34,304 nt of DNA, taken from Octopus bimaculoides (Eukaryota). Under the pieces are notes generated by a model, which did not search any database, was not told the origin of the DNA, and saw only the letters and a program-made list of their open reading frames with translations. The stretch spans positions 117,969,365 to 118,003,668 of the forward strand of contig NC_068981.1 of NCBI RefSeq assembly GCF_001194135.2, in the 5' to 3' direction. Shown here piece after piece: positions 1 through 11,644 of the stretch. Every line of letters begins with the position of its first letter. Position 1 is the first letter of the stretch. The position numbers and the translations under genes are program-made.

Positions 1-82
1 TATATATATATATATATATACATATATATACATATTATGTATGCATGTATGTATATATATATGTAGATAGATACATGTATAC

Positions 83-123
<41 letters not shown>

Positions 124-205
124 CGTATACATATATCTATATATATACATATATACATATATACATATATACATACATATATATATATGTATGTATGTTT
201 GTATG
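1..205. repeat. (TA)n/(TACA)n compound microsatellite
   Basis: Directly visible di- and tetranucleotide repeats. Confidence 0.95.
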
Positions 206-242
206 TATGTTTTAATAATAAAGTTGCAAAGACATCACAAAT

Positions 243-282
243 AGTGTTACTCAGAGTTTGACGTTCCCGTTCGTCGGACAGT
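243..282 (-). ncRNA. Degenerate minimal type I hammerhead ribozyme motif, probably a Penelope-like LTR remnant
   Basis: Minus strand reads ACTGT-CCGACGA-ACG GGAA CGT-CAAA-CTCTGAG-TA-ACACT. Stem I is ACTGT/ACACT with 1 mismatch. The core CUGANGA has U4>C, stem II is 3 bp with a GGAA tetraloop, and GAAA has G12>C. Stem III is the palindrome ACTC-T-GAGT and the cleavage triplet is GUA. Confidence 0.55.
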
Positions 283-426
283 TTTATTTGAGAATACAGC
301 ATATTAATAAAACATATCCGGTACTCGAGTACTATTTTTTATCACCTCGTTTCACATTTATGTGCTTAAACTGGTATATATATTAAATGTGTGTGTATGT
401 GTTTGTGTGTGTGTGTGTGTGTGTCT

Positions 427-507
427 NNNNNNNNNNNNNNNNNNNNNNNNNNNNNNNNNNNNNNNNNNNNNNNNNNNNNNNNNNNNNNNNNNNNNNNNNN
501 NNNNNNN
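427..507. other. Assembly gap (N run) after a (TG)n tract
   Basis: N run. The other gaps are 11309-11387, 11595-11604, 12089-12098, 14240-14698, 15970-16154, 17401-17872 and 26046-26513, all abutting microsatellites. Confidence 0.99.
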
Positions 508-1224
508 GTTAGAAGTATAAATAGGAATTCCATCAAATCACTCGAGGTGTAATTCGCTTTTCTTATGATATACTTTGCACGAATTCATAAAGTGGTGATC
601 ACCGCCTCAATGAACATAACAATTAACATTGTGAGGAAGAGCCGTTACTTGTTACATTAGGGTACAATTATGAATTTATGTCAGTATTCATAATCAGTTT
701 ATTTTTCCGGTGGAGAAATTGAATTTACTAATGCAAACTCTAAGAACTATTCGTTAAATCTGTTGTACTATACTGTAATACGTAATACTCTTTACTATAC
801 TGTAATACGTAATTAGAGCATAAAAAAGTTAGATTAAAACGAGGACATGGACTGCCGCAATGTCAGATCATCGGCTAATCAATAATTTTAGACGAAGTAA
901 TTACGTATTAAGTCGCTATGTACATTCAACGTGTACATAGTTTTTATTTCACTGCATAATAATTTTTTTCGAAGTACTGTTTATGCTTATTCTATAGATA
1001 GACTGAAATTAATTTAACTACTCATGTTTTTGCAAACTGCTTCTCTCAATAATTAAAAGCATTAATGAAACGTATGTTAATATCCACTAACCAGGAAAGA
1101 TGGAAAATTGAGATAACTGTTATAAACAAAACATAAACCTGTAGGGACTTCTCGATATAAACCGACATTTCATTGACTGTTTACTTCTGGTGATGGGTCT
1201 TTGTGCTTCAAATATATAAAGATT

Positions 1225-1680
1225 ATTATATTTGCCGTGGTTATAGCTTTGGTGTAAGAGGTTGAACAGTGGATGGGATTGAAAGTGCTAAAGACAGATA
1301 CCTGCCCTTTTTGGACAATGCTTCATCAACATTTTTAAATTCCACTTGAAGAGTAAACTGAGGGTGGAGAGAGAAGTGCTGCTTCCCAGCATATTTGTTG
1401 AAAAGTGGATGGATGGCGATCGTAGTCAGAATGAACAGGCCTACTCTGAGCATGCTTCGGCGATTAGAGAAAGACAACTGGTCAGGATAAATGTGGTTTT
1501 GTAGAGGTTAAACGAGTAGTACTTCAAGGTCTTTCCACACTGGGGAATTGTTCCTTTTTGAATATGTCCATGCTTTGTTTCTGTTATTTTACTTTTTACT
1601 TGATTTTATGTAATACCTCACTATTCCGTCCTGCCTTGTCTCCAATGATTTTCCCATCCCTTTGTGATTAATAAAGAAAA
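1225..1680 (+). mobile_element. 3' end fragment of an L1/Tx1-like LINE (ORF2 C-terminus, 3' UTR, A-rich end)
   Basis: The frameshifted plus-strand translation ...GLKVLKTDT / FGQCFINIFKFHLKSKLRVEREVLLPSIFVEKWM resembles Tx1-like ORF2 C-termini as I recall them. It is followed by a T-rich UTR and AATAAAGAAAA near 1670-1680. Confidence 0.45.
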
Positions 1681-3572
1681 TATTATTAGGCTTCATTTTG
1701 GAAATCTCAAGCACTTAGATTTAAATGTTCCGAACATTTCAGTTAGAAATCAGTCAACAAGCTGACAAAGGTCCCTTACTGCTTGCTCACGTGTGCTTTA
1801 TATAGACAAGATTTTCCTTCAAATCCTTTTTGTTCCGAGAAGTGCAGTCTTCAGAAAGACTTGTCACCCCGCATCAATTCTGATTTTATTTAAACAGTCT
1901 TTGAAATTGTCCGATATGCATCCAAATGCTCCAATCAGCACTGGAATCACTAAAATGTTCTTCATCCCCGCCCCCCGATTTTCAAACATCTTATTTCAGT
2001 GGCTCGTTGTTCGCCAACTTTTCATGCTTTATATCTCTGTATCTACTATCTCCTAGGATAGAGATATCAATAATTTGGGCCTCTTTTCATTTCCTGGCAA
2101 CTACAATGCTTGTCATTCTTTCTTCAATCATTCTATCACATTGAATGGTGAAGTCCAACAAAAGTTTAAATTTCTCATTTTCTAATACATTTCCTGGATC
2201 CTGATCTAATTATCTAGCTGCTCGGCAAACTCACATTTCTTACATATCCAGTGGATATATCTGACAACATTATCATGTCTTTTGTCCTCGCTGTGCAAAC
2301 TTATCACATTTGCTTACAAGATGGCTAATCGTTTCACCTTTTGTTCCACTGATTGTACATAATGGCGGTTCTTTCGTTTTGTCAACATGATGTTTAACGT
2401 AGTTAGTTCAGAGAGCCTGTTCTTGAGCGCTGCACACCAGAGCTTCTGTGCATTCTTTCAGATCATCATTTCTAAACCACGACCAATTCTTATTCCAGTC
2501 AATGCCTACTTTCTCTCTAGAATACCGCCCGTGCATAAGTTCGTCCTTTTCACTCTCTTCATTGGGTGTTGCTTTATAAGTATATCCCAATGTGTTTAGG
2601 CCTCTTATATTTGACATGATGTTACACTTGACATTTTTAAGGTACCAAGCTAGGTTGTTTGTTTACTTTTGACACAATCTTCTCAACTTGTCCTCGATCT
2701 CATTTCTTTCCTCCAGCATAAAGTCTTGCAGCATCACTCCTTGAATGGAATTCTTTAAGCACTGCCATGCCATCAATTTCCTAGTTTTTCTATGAATACG
2801 TTTTAGTTCATCTTTCCTCCATTTAATATCTCCTGCCAAAGCATCGTTTTCTTGATTATATTCCTTCCATTCACTTTAGACGACGTTACAAATCTCACCC
2901 GCCCGAGATATTCTTTTTGAATATCTTCATTTTTGTCTCTTTGATCTTATCTAAATCTATCATTCCCAAATTCTTTTCTCCTTTTTCTCCCACTTCTTTG
3001 GTAATCTGTCCATATGCAAGCTTAACCTCTCTACTCTTTGTTAGTTTTCCACGTTTCGGGCTAGCGCAACAGATTTTTTTTATCGCAAATACCCCCCCCC
3101 CCCCCCCCAATCTCATAATCAGGTTTATACTAGATGTGTTAAACTGCCAACTTGGTCCACATTTTTCGCAAATAACTTTAAATCATGCATGAATAACAGA
3201 TGGTTAATCTTAATACCGTATAGCACATATCACGTTTTCACATTTCTGGGGAACCATGCAAATGACAAATAGATGTGGTGATAAGCTGTCTCTCTGAAAT
3301 ATACATCTTCGTATGTTAACAGATCCTAACTGTTCCCCGCAGGAAATTAACTGTTTTCCAGCTAGCCGTCGGTCTTTCTGTAAACATATACACATGTTGA
3401 ATGACTGAAGGAATTCAGGGAGAATAAAACAAAGTGATTATGGAATAACAGCTATAATAGTCTGCATGCAAGCCTCCAAAATTTCTAATTGGCAAGCTTC
3501 TGGACCAGATGGCGTATAGGGCTTTTCGCTGAAGAAGCTGACATCCTTACATGAACAAATCGCAGTGCAAAC
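1681..3572 (-). mobile_element. 5'-truncated R4/Dong-type non-LTR retrotransposon (RT 3' half, zinc knuckle, restriction-like endonuclease), decayed
   Basis: Minus-strand motifs: CIFQRDSLSPHLFVICMVP (RT GIFQGDSLSPLLF, 3210-3395); WRKDELKRIHRKTRKLM; LMHGRYSREKVGIDWNKNWSWFRNDDLKECTEALVCSAQEQAL (2408-2617); VIPVLIGAFGCISDNFKDCLNK...KTALLGT..I.RKILSI* ending near 1797. Short (AAT) tail near 1681-1688. Many stops and frameshifts. Confidence 0.9.
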
Positions 3573-4473
3573 CATTATTATTATTGTTATAATTATTCTC
3601 ATTCTCTTCTTTGAATCATGTTTCCATTTTTTGGCCGAGTGTCTTCCCAACACCTAAGGAAAAGAAAGTCAATGCATACATTGGTAGACCATTAAAATAA
3701 GCACACCAGATTGTTCATTTACAAAGTCATATGGCAGAAAGAATGGGGAAGAAAGAGAGAGGGAAAAAGAAAAGAAGGAAAAAAGAAAACAAAAACATAA
3801 AATGGAAAAAGGAAAGAAAATTAACAGCGACAATGCTCTTCTCAATACGTGAGACGGTCCACTTAAAACATTCTTTGGCATTTCCTGCGTGGACTGTAAG
3901 CCAGAGATCATCCTCAAATAATTTTTAGTTCGTTTTTAATTAATCATTCCAAGTGCTCCTACTATCACTGATATTGTAACAGTCTTGAGATGCCACATTT
4001 TTTCGAATTCAGTCAGCAAATCTTTATATTGTCTTAGCTTATCAAATCTTTTACCGAGATATTATGATCACAAAGCATGCTCATGTAAACCAATAAACAG
4101 ATTTTATTGTTTTGGTCTTTCACAATAACATATAGTTTATTAGCTCTGATGGTCCGGCCTGTGTGTACTGGAAATCCCAAAGAACCGTCACATTTTCTCC
4201 CTCGGTTACAGCATCTGGGTGGTGCTTATACCATTTGTCAGCAGTTTTGATTTTATAATGACGACATCTTATCTAATGTAGATATTAGCCAACTGTCTGA
4301 TGTCTTGATTTATACTCTGTTGCTGCTAAAACCTTACACTCAGAGATTTGCTGGTCCACTATTTCAATCTCATCGTTGCAGTTCTGGCACTTTGGGCCTA
4401 TTCTATTTTTATTCACTTTGGCTTGGTAGTTCCGGGTTAATAAGCTCTGATCTTGAGCAGCTAAGATACAGTC
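3573..4473 (-). mobile_element. Second R4/Dong-type 3' fragment (CCHC knuckle, RLE, 3' UTR, (AAT)-like tail)
   Basis: Minus strand: IGPKCQNCNDEIE..., HYKIKTADKWYKHHPDAVTEGENVTVLWDF, ...SVIVGALGMI, MISGLQSTQEMPKNVLSGPSHVLRRALSL. The UTR ends ...TAGGTGTTGGGAAGACACTCGGCC, followed by a degenerate (AAT)n at 3573-3597. Confidence 0.85.
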
Positions 4474-4516
<43 letters not shown>

Positions 4517-4543
4517 GCATCAGCATCATCATCGTCATCATCA
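4474..4543. repeat. (CAT)n microsatellite
   Basis: Directly visible; it produces the poly-His ORF at 4305-4607. Confidence 0.95.
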
Positions 4544-5289
4544 TTATTTAAAGCAAATAAATAGGTTGAGAATGAATTTTCAGTTTCAAATTTTTAATAT
4601 ATACTGATAGATGAGAAACCGAAAGAAAAGGAAACCGCATGTAAACTATAACTAAACTATATGAAAAAGAAAAAAATATATATTCCGCACAAAGTCTGAC
4701 CAACCCAACAACCCATCAAATACCCAATCTGCCAGCCAACCCACGGACCTACAACACTAGAAGTGATACAATCACCACCATGTCACCACCCGCACGAACT
4801 AAATTTAAGCAAAATTTTACCACCCATAGCTTCACCGTTTATTTTAGATTTTTTTTTCTTTTTGAAAAGAGTGACACCAGCACAAAGACAACAGCGTCCA
4901 TCAACTCCACCAACACTAAGAAACTTAAGAAGAATAAAAATTGTCAATGAAAAGGGACACCACCGTCACTGACAAAAAAAAACAACAAAAACTACTGCAA
5001 GAACTACAGCTACGTCAACAAGAATAACATTTGCAAATACGAACAAATATAAAAGAAAACTACAAGAATACTAATAACAAATATAGGGATAGGATTGTAG
5101 AACAGTACAAGGATAAACCAATGTTATCAGCTTTTCTAATACTTCAAGGCCCTTAACAGCTAGAACAGCAACTAACAATGAAAAAGGAAACCACCATCTT
5201 CCTTCAGTATCAATCTCCCCTTTAAAAAAAAACAACTTACAAAGGAAAAATTAAACAACACCGGCGACAACAAAGTGTTTGTGTGCGCT

Positions 5290-5455
<166 letters not shown>

Positions 5456-6094
5456 AAAAAATAACTACAAGTCACCCACTGAGAGATTTTAAAAAATGAA
5501 CTGAAAGATGTATAGAGAAAAGGGAAAAACATAATAATACTGAGTAGAAAGTATTCTTGAAAGTTGGAGAAAGATCGGCAAAGAAAAATTAAAGCAATAT
5601 AATGGAGAGCAAAAAAGCATAAGAAATAAACAATAGCATAATGATGTCTACACCAGAAAAAAAAACGCGCGCACATATACACAAAATAAATAAATAAATA
5701 CACGTTAAGAAATTAAAAAGAAACAAGAGAAACTAAATGTATAATAGACATAGATAAACTAGACAAAATAGAACTAGGTAAATATAAGTAAAGAGAATGT
5801 GAAGTTACAATCACCTGAGCACTTCTCAACCTTCACTAAAGTCTAGGTTCTAGCTTGTTTTTCTTTCATTTGTTCGTCGGTTTCTTTTGTGTGTTCTTAT
5901 TTGGTTTTAGTGAGTGTTTTTCTTACCTTTATTTCTTTTAATCAACTTTCTGGAGGAGCAGGCAAACATTTCAAATGGTATTGGTTAGAGGTGCTGCTTT
6001 CAGACATTTCTCAGAAACGTACCAGGTAACATTGTATCAAGACAGTAAAAAATAGAAAAATAAAATAAAATAAATACTGCCACTATTCCCATAC

Positions 6095-6162
6095 ACACAT
6101 GCATGTTTGTGTGTGTATTTTTATATATGAATGCATATATACCAATATATGTACATACATAT

Positions 6163-6253
<91 letters not shown>

Positions 6254-6278
6254 CATACATCTATGTATATATATGTAC

Positions 6279-6312
<34 letters not shown>

Positions 6313-6500
6313 TCTATGCCTATTTCTCTATCCTTATATATGTGTATGTGTATGCATATATATATATATATATACACATATACACTTATATACCTATACG
6401 TCAGTGTGTGTGGATGAATGAGTGTGTTGTGTGCGTGTGTGCGTTGTGTGTGTGAGGGATGAGTGTGTTTGTTGTGTTCGTGTGTGTATATGGTGGGGGT
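6095..6500. repeat. (TACA)n/(TA)n/(TG)n compound microsatellite
   Basis: Directly visible. Confidence 0.95.
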
Positions 6501-8099
6501 GTATCTGCGTCTGTGTATGCAGCACCGGACTGGTTAAATAAAGAAAAACTGTGTTTAGCTTAGGTTAGACTTTTAATATTTTGATACTGGACAACATGTA
6601 CGTAGCCACTCCAAGCTAAGACGTATACATCTTTTGTATACATACGCACATTTAAGTCTTCACACTCGGATAACTGCGTATATGTTTCTGTATGTGTTGG
6701 TGTGCGTACGTGTGTGTGCGTGTGTGTGTATAACATAAGGTAAGAGAAAAACTCAGAGTCGCCAGTGGTATGAATAAGGATAATTAATTCCAGTAAAGGC
6801 ATATGAAATACTCTGCAAAATTTATTGCTAATTTATTGAAATTATTTTCCTTTCGATAATAGAATAAACAAATGTCACGTGCCAATTGCAACCAAATCAA
6901 ATTGAGAAAGAGAGATAATCTTAAGACGCACGAATTCGAATAATTAAGGAACATACAGTTTGACTGTCTGGAGAAATGAGGACAGCTACTAACACATACT
7001 TCCGTATCAGTGAGCAAAATCAATACGACAGTTTTCTTGTGAGTCTATTCGTTTGATAAATCTCATACAGTCATACGAAATTCTGACCTCAACTGAGTTG
7101 ACTGCATTTCAACTGATGAACATATGGACTACAATCTCTCCACATTAAATCGCAATGTTTCAAACTCTACTGAGAGTCGTGACAAATACGTTTTAGAATC
7201 ACTAAATGATGGAACCAGTTAAATTAATGTATATACATCTCCTTAAATACTCCGAGTGAATTTTAAACCTTCCTTTTCTTCATAGTCCAGCTCGCATGAG
7301 AAAAGAAACAAATTGAGGTGAAAATTCCAAAGTCTCACAGTTTGAGAAAATTATTAAACTTTGAAGAGAGAAAAGCAACAAGTTTTCAGAGACAGTGGAG
7401 AAGGTATTTATTGGCTCAGTAATTATGAATGCGAATTTAAAAAGAATATTATGCAGATGTCTTATAATTAAAGAAACCAAAAATCTACAACACTTAACCA
7501 CAGTTGATAAAAGAAGTGCTAGGGAATCAAACTTTTAATGCAAAAGCTATGATAAAGATGATGCTAATTCTAGAATATTTAGACATTTCACAAAAACATT
7601 TCACTAAAAGAATCAAAATCCCATCTTCCACAATAGAGAGTATATTTTAGAATTGAGGGCCCCAACTTATCGAAACGGAGAGGCATTATAGCCAAAAATT
7701 AATCTCAAACTAAACAACCACAATCTAACCTTAAGAATGGACATGATTTCTACAGAAAGTATGGTAGATGTTGAGAAATTGTGACGAAGGAGGTTTTCAC
7801 AAACCAAAATTCCCCGTTACCTTGTATGTAGGCACTTAAAACTTTCACTTTTCTCTCGATTGCTAAACTACCGACGCTTTAAAAAAAAGAGAGAAGTGAA
7901 AGAAAAGAAAAAAACAAACATTCATTAATCTTTTTAAGTCTGTAATTATTTTCCACCTATAAGAAACATCAGCTCGCTTCATAAAATGTTTTAATTTATT
8001 GGTTAGTTAATTAATACTGGAGATTTCTAAAAAGATTCAAATAAATGTAGTGATATCAGGAACTTTGTAATAAGCAAAGAAAATAAAATTAAATATGTG

Positions 8100-9560
8100 A
8101 AACCATGCATCTTTCCCTTTTAATTTCCTTAATTTCAAATTCAAAATTCTAATCCTATATACAAGGACCCACCAAAATCACTACACAAAAACTATATACG
8201 ACGATTGTAACGAATCAACTTCATATATATGAATACACTGCATCCTAGGAAACTTAAATTACGAACAATTGTAGTTGGTCCAGCTTATAAAATGCACACA
8301 CACAACAACTTTGTAGAGATATTGCTAAAACCCCACTCTAAAATTCATAGCAAGTTTTATAAAGATGAAATTTTATTTGTAAAGCCATCACCCGAAAAAG
8401 TGAATAAAAAATACTATCAATGTATCATCTGATGTAGTAAACCTGCTATCCCGCAAAACTATTTACTAGAAGCCATAGCATTTTTGCATAAATAATTTCC
8501 CAATGAAATTCTGGACCGAATACGAAAAACTGATTAACTACTGAAGGAATGTAATTCATTCAGAAAATTACTTCTTCAACATAAGGATTTACTAACAAGT
8601 ACTTAGAACTCCAATGTACTTGTTTCGTGCCCCAACGTACGTTACTTTGTATACGGCATGCCTAGAAGTTGAAATAGATTAACAATGTCGACTAGCATGC
8701 AACACCAACTTCCACAAATATGTCTTATAAAAGTGGAAACGTTGATTGGATTAACGACTTCATTCTGTGGATCCAAGATCTTGACAAACTTCACGACTTC
8801 AAGGTTTTAATTAATACAATATGCAATAATATACAGGTCACACTGAAAATACAAAATCAAATACTTTTAAGAGATAATTTAATACGCAAAGCAGACAGAA
8901 ACATCTAAATCTATATCCACTACAAACCATCGAACTCTAAACAATACTCGCCATTTACTTCCTGCCATCCCAAAATACCAAAATAAGTATACCATTTAAT
9001 CTATTAAAAAGGATGTGTGCTATCGTTTTGAATTTTTTAACTCAATATCAAATACAAGTGAAAAACTATTACTTGAAAGACAATAACCTTACCACTACTA
9101 ACATATTAACTGATGACTAAATAGAACGTGCCAAAGTAATTTATAATTAATAATTAAGAACGGCAAAAGGCAATTCAAATAAGTATTTTACATTACATCA
9201 CAACACGAAATCCAAGAAATATAACATCAGACCATTCCGTTTCTTTTTAGCAAACCCCTGATGTAAATAAATGAAAAAAAAAAACAGTCGAAATACACAA
9301 ACCGATCAAAAAACAAAAAGACAACCAAAGTCATTGAAGGAAATTGATGACCAGCACCCACTACAAATACAACACCAATAATCAAAAATGAGGTTTCACT
9401 AACAGCGGAACTTGCATCAAGATTATACTTATAGAACGCTCACATCATGCATGTAAATCAGGACATAATATAACTACAAAAATACTCATCTCTTCATCAA
9501 TATATTTAAACACCAAACAAGAAGAACTAATCCAGAGATAGGTTCTTTGCAAATGATGTA
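8100..9560 (+). mobile_element. Decayed Penelope-like element (RT, thumb region, possibly the start of the GIY-YIG region)
   Basis: Plus-strand motifs: KLKLRTIVVGPA..HTHNNFVEILLKP (cf. KLRPIVAGP...LSNFVDILLKP); SDVVNL; APTYVTL; DWINDFILW (degenerate RYLDDCFILW); YKPSNSKQYSPFTSCHPK (cf. YKPTDSKQYL.F.SCHP, from 8921). Weak similarity may extend upstream to about 7260. Confidence 0.8.
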
Positions 9561-9599
9561 GCACTTCAAACTCGAAGAAACAACTGCAATAACCCCTGG

Positions 9600-10330
9600 A
9601 AAGTCTTTCAAGAGCCTCTCAAGAATCTGACTTGATCATCACTCTGAAGAAGTCTAAAATGCTGAACCCTGCGAGTTAAGGGCTGTTCATGAGTTACAGG
9701 ACCTCAGTTCACTCATCACGGACAATATCTTTGTAGAGTCTGAGATCCACAGATACTTTCGAAGAGTACACTCAGCTAGGCTGGTAAAGAGAGTCTGGGA
9801 GAAGAGTACATGGCGTCGTAATACCTTTTATGCATGAAGCTTGAGCTGGATTTTAAACAGCAAGTTGTGTGACGTAGTCAGTAGCAATAAGATCTTGGCA
9901 CACAGATACCTAGCTGCATATCTTACTTAAACATGCCTCGGCAAGTTAAGCCTCGTAAATCGCATGTGATATGAGAGCATCACGAAAACCTTTCTGTTTG
10001 GGGGACAGGCCGTAGGCAAGACAAAACTAATAAAACCCTATAATCGCGTCAATGATATCAGCAACGGAAGCATAAAAGATCATTACACAAACGATGACAG
10101 GTGAGAGGAAATTATTGTAATCGCTCGCGCTGGAAACGAGAACTAGGTAAGGTTTTCAAAACACAAAAGGTGAAATTGAGATTTACTGATGAAAGAAAGC
10201 AAACCAGATACAGACAGTGCACTACAACAAGAATGGTACAAAATGCCTTCACTACAGCAGGGACTTTTACTCAACACGCAGGTCTCTAGAGATATAAAAG
10301 ATGTTGCTCTGCCAAAAAAGACCGAAGCAA
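9600..10330 (+). mobile_element. RTE-clade (BovB-like) LINE 3' fragment interrupted by a 73-bp foreign segment
   Basis: Plus strand: LIITLKKSKM; ELRAVHELQDLSSLITDNIFVESEIHRY..RLVKRVWEKSTWRRNT (cf. ELEVVHEFTYLGSTIT...KRVWE). After 10052: NRSRWKRELGK..KLRFTDERK and a C-terminal C..CSRD..S.AGL motif. Confidence 0.75.
9980..10052 (+). repeat. 73-bp segment identical to 12211-12283
   Basis: TCACGAAAACCTTTCTGTTTGGGGGACAGGCCGTAGGCAAGACAAAACTAATAAAACCCTATAATCGCGTCAA appears at both positions with no mismatch by eye. Confidence 0.95.
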
Positions 10331-10629
10331 AGCACATAAATACCTAACTATACTTATAGTTTTAAAATAATTTTGGACACTTTTCTTTATAATCTTCGTG
10401 GATTCCCGATTTACCGATAAACTTTACAAATTTGGTCGAAGGTTCCTTGTACATTTTAACAGAATTAAAGGAATAAATAAAATTGTAAAATCTGACAGTG
10501 TAAACCGTTAAAAATATATTTTAGTATATGTATGTATATATGTTAAAATTTTATTCTTTTATTCTTTTGTTTCAATCATTAGAGTGCCCCATATATATCA
10601 TGTCTCTGCATTTATACACATATGTATAC

Positions 10630-10750
10630 ATAAACACACACACACACATACACACACACACACACAGATTCACACACACACATACGCACGCAAACACACA
10701 CAAACACGCACACACACACGCACACCCTCACACACACACACATATATATG
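10630..10750. repeat. Degenerate (CA)n microsatellite
   Basis: Directly visible. Confidence 0.9.
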
Positions 10751-10780
10751 TACAGAGAGAGATTCAAGCTCTCCAGCTCT

Positions 10781-11060
10781 TATGTTACAATAGCAGTCGC
10801 TCCCCAAACGCAGGTGTAATCGACGTCCCACACATTATGTAAGCCAATGCTTCTCAACCGGTTTGCATATGGCCCTTGAAGTTCCAAGATTTTTAGGGAT
10901 CCACGTTACTAAATACTAAACTGGGGACCCGCAATAGTATGTTGATATAATATTATGGACCCCCAAAACACTTATATGAACTCTCCGTAGCTATGTGAAC
11001 TCCGGTTGAGAACCATGTCGATTACACCAACGTTTGGAGAGCGATTGCTGCTGTTACACA
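10781..11060. repeat. Outer imperfect inverted repeat flanking the hAT MITE
   Basis: AGCAGTCGCTCCCCAAACGCAGGTGTAATCGAC (10792-10824) is the reverse complement of GTCGATTACACCAACGTTTGGAGAGCGATTGCT (11017-11049) with 4 mismatches in 33 nt. Weaker pairing extends about 11 nt further. Confidence 0.85.
10845..11017. mobile_element. hAT (Charlie-like) MITE
   Basis: Termini CAATGCTTCTCAACCGG (10845-10861) and CCGGTTGAGAACCATG (11002-11017) match the CAGTGGTTCTCAACC...GGTTGAGAACCACTG TIR pattern of hAT non-autonomous elements. No 8-bp TSD is visible. Confidence 0.55.
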
Positions 11061-11260
11061 AACGCTGTAAAGTTTGCATGGATTAACGGATCCTACATAA
11101 CAGCACTTTTCTTAGACTGTTCTTTTCCTCTGAAGATGGAACTTTGATCCCGAAATATATCAGAGGTTTTATTAAAGTTTCCGCACGGTCAGAAGATGTC
11201 TATTTTCTCTCTTTTCATATTCTTCGATATCACAATGCTCCAAGTGAACTACAAAGCGCT

Positions 11261-11308
<48 letters not shown>

Positions 11309-11552
11309 NNNNNNNNNNNNNNNNNNNNNNNNNNNNNNNNNNNNNNNNNNNNNNNNNNNNNNNNNNNNNNNNNNNNNNNNNNNNNNNTATATATATATAT
11401 ATATATGTAAATATACACACAGAGAGATAGATAGCAACGTATATATACACACATACACGAATATACAAACAAACATATTTATATAGAGGTATATGTAAGA
11501 ACGTGTATATACATACATGTGTTTACATATGTATGTATGTATGCATCGGTGG

Positions 11553-11594
<42 letters not shown>

Positions 11595-11604
11595 NNNNNN
11601 NNNN

Positions 11605-11644
<40 letters not shown>

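Noticed and set aside
5929-5951. 23-nt minus-strand micro-exon candidate (CTCCAG...AAAG/GTAAG)
   Set aside because: Too short to support without transcript data.
7100-7180. CTGATGA upstream of the Penelope RT
   Set aside because: No stem II/GAAA/stem III follows.
9640-9690. CTGAAGA right after the Penelope fragment as a possible hammerhead core
   Set aside because: No stem I partner or GAAAC; the sequence is explained as RTE coding (LKKSKM).
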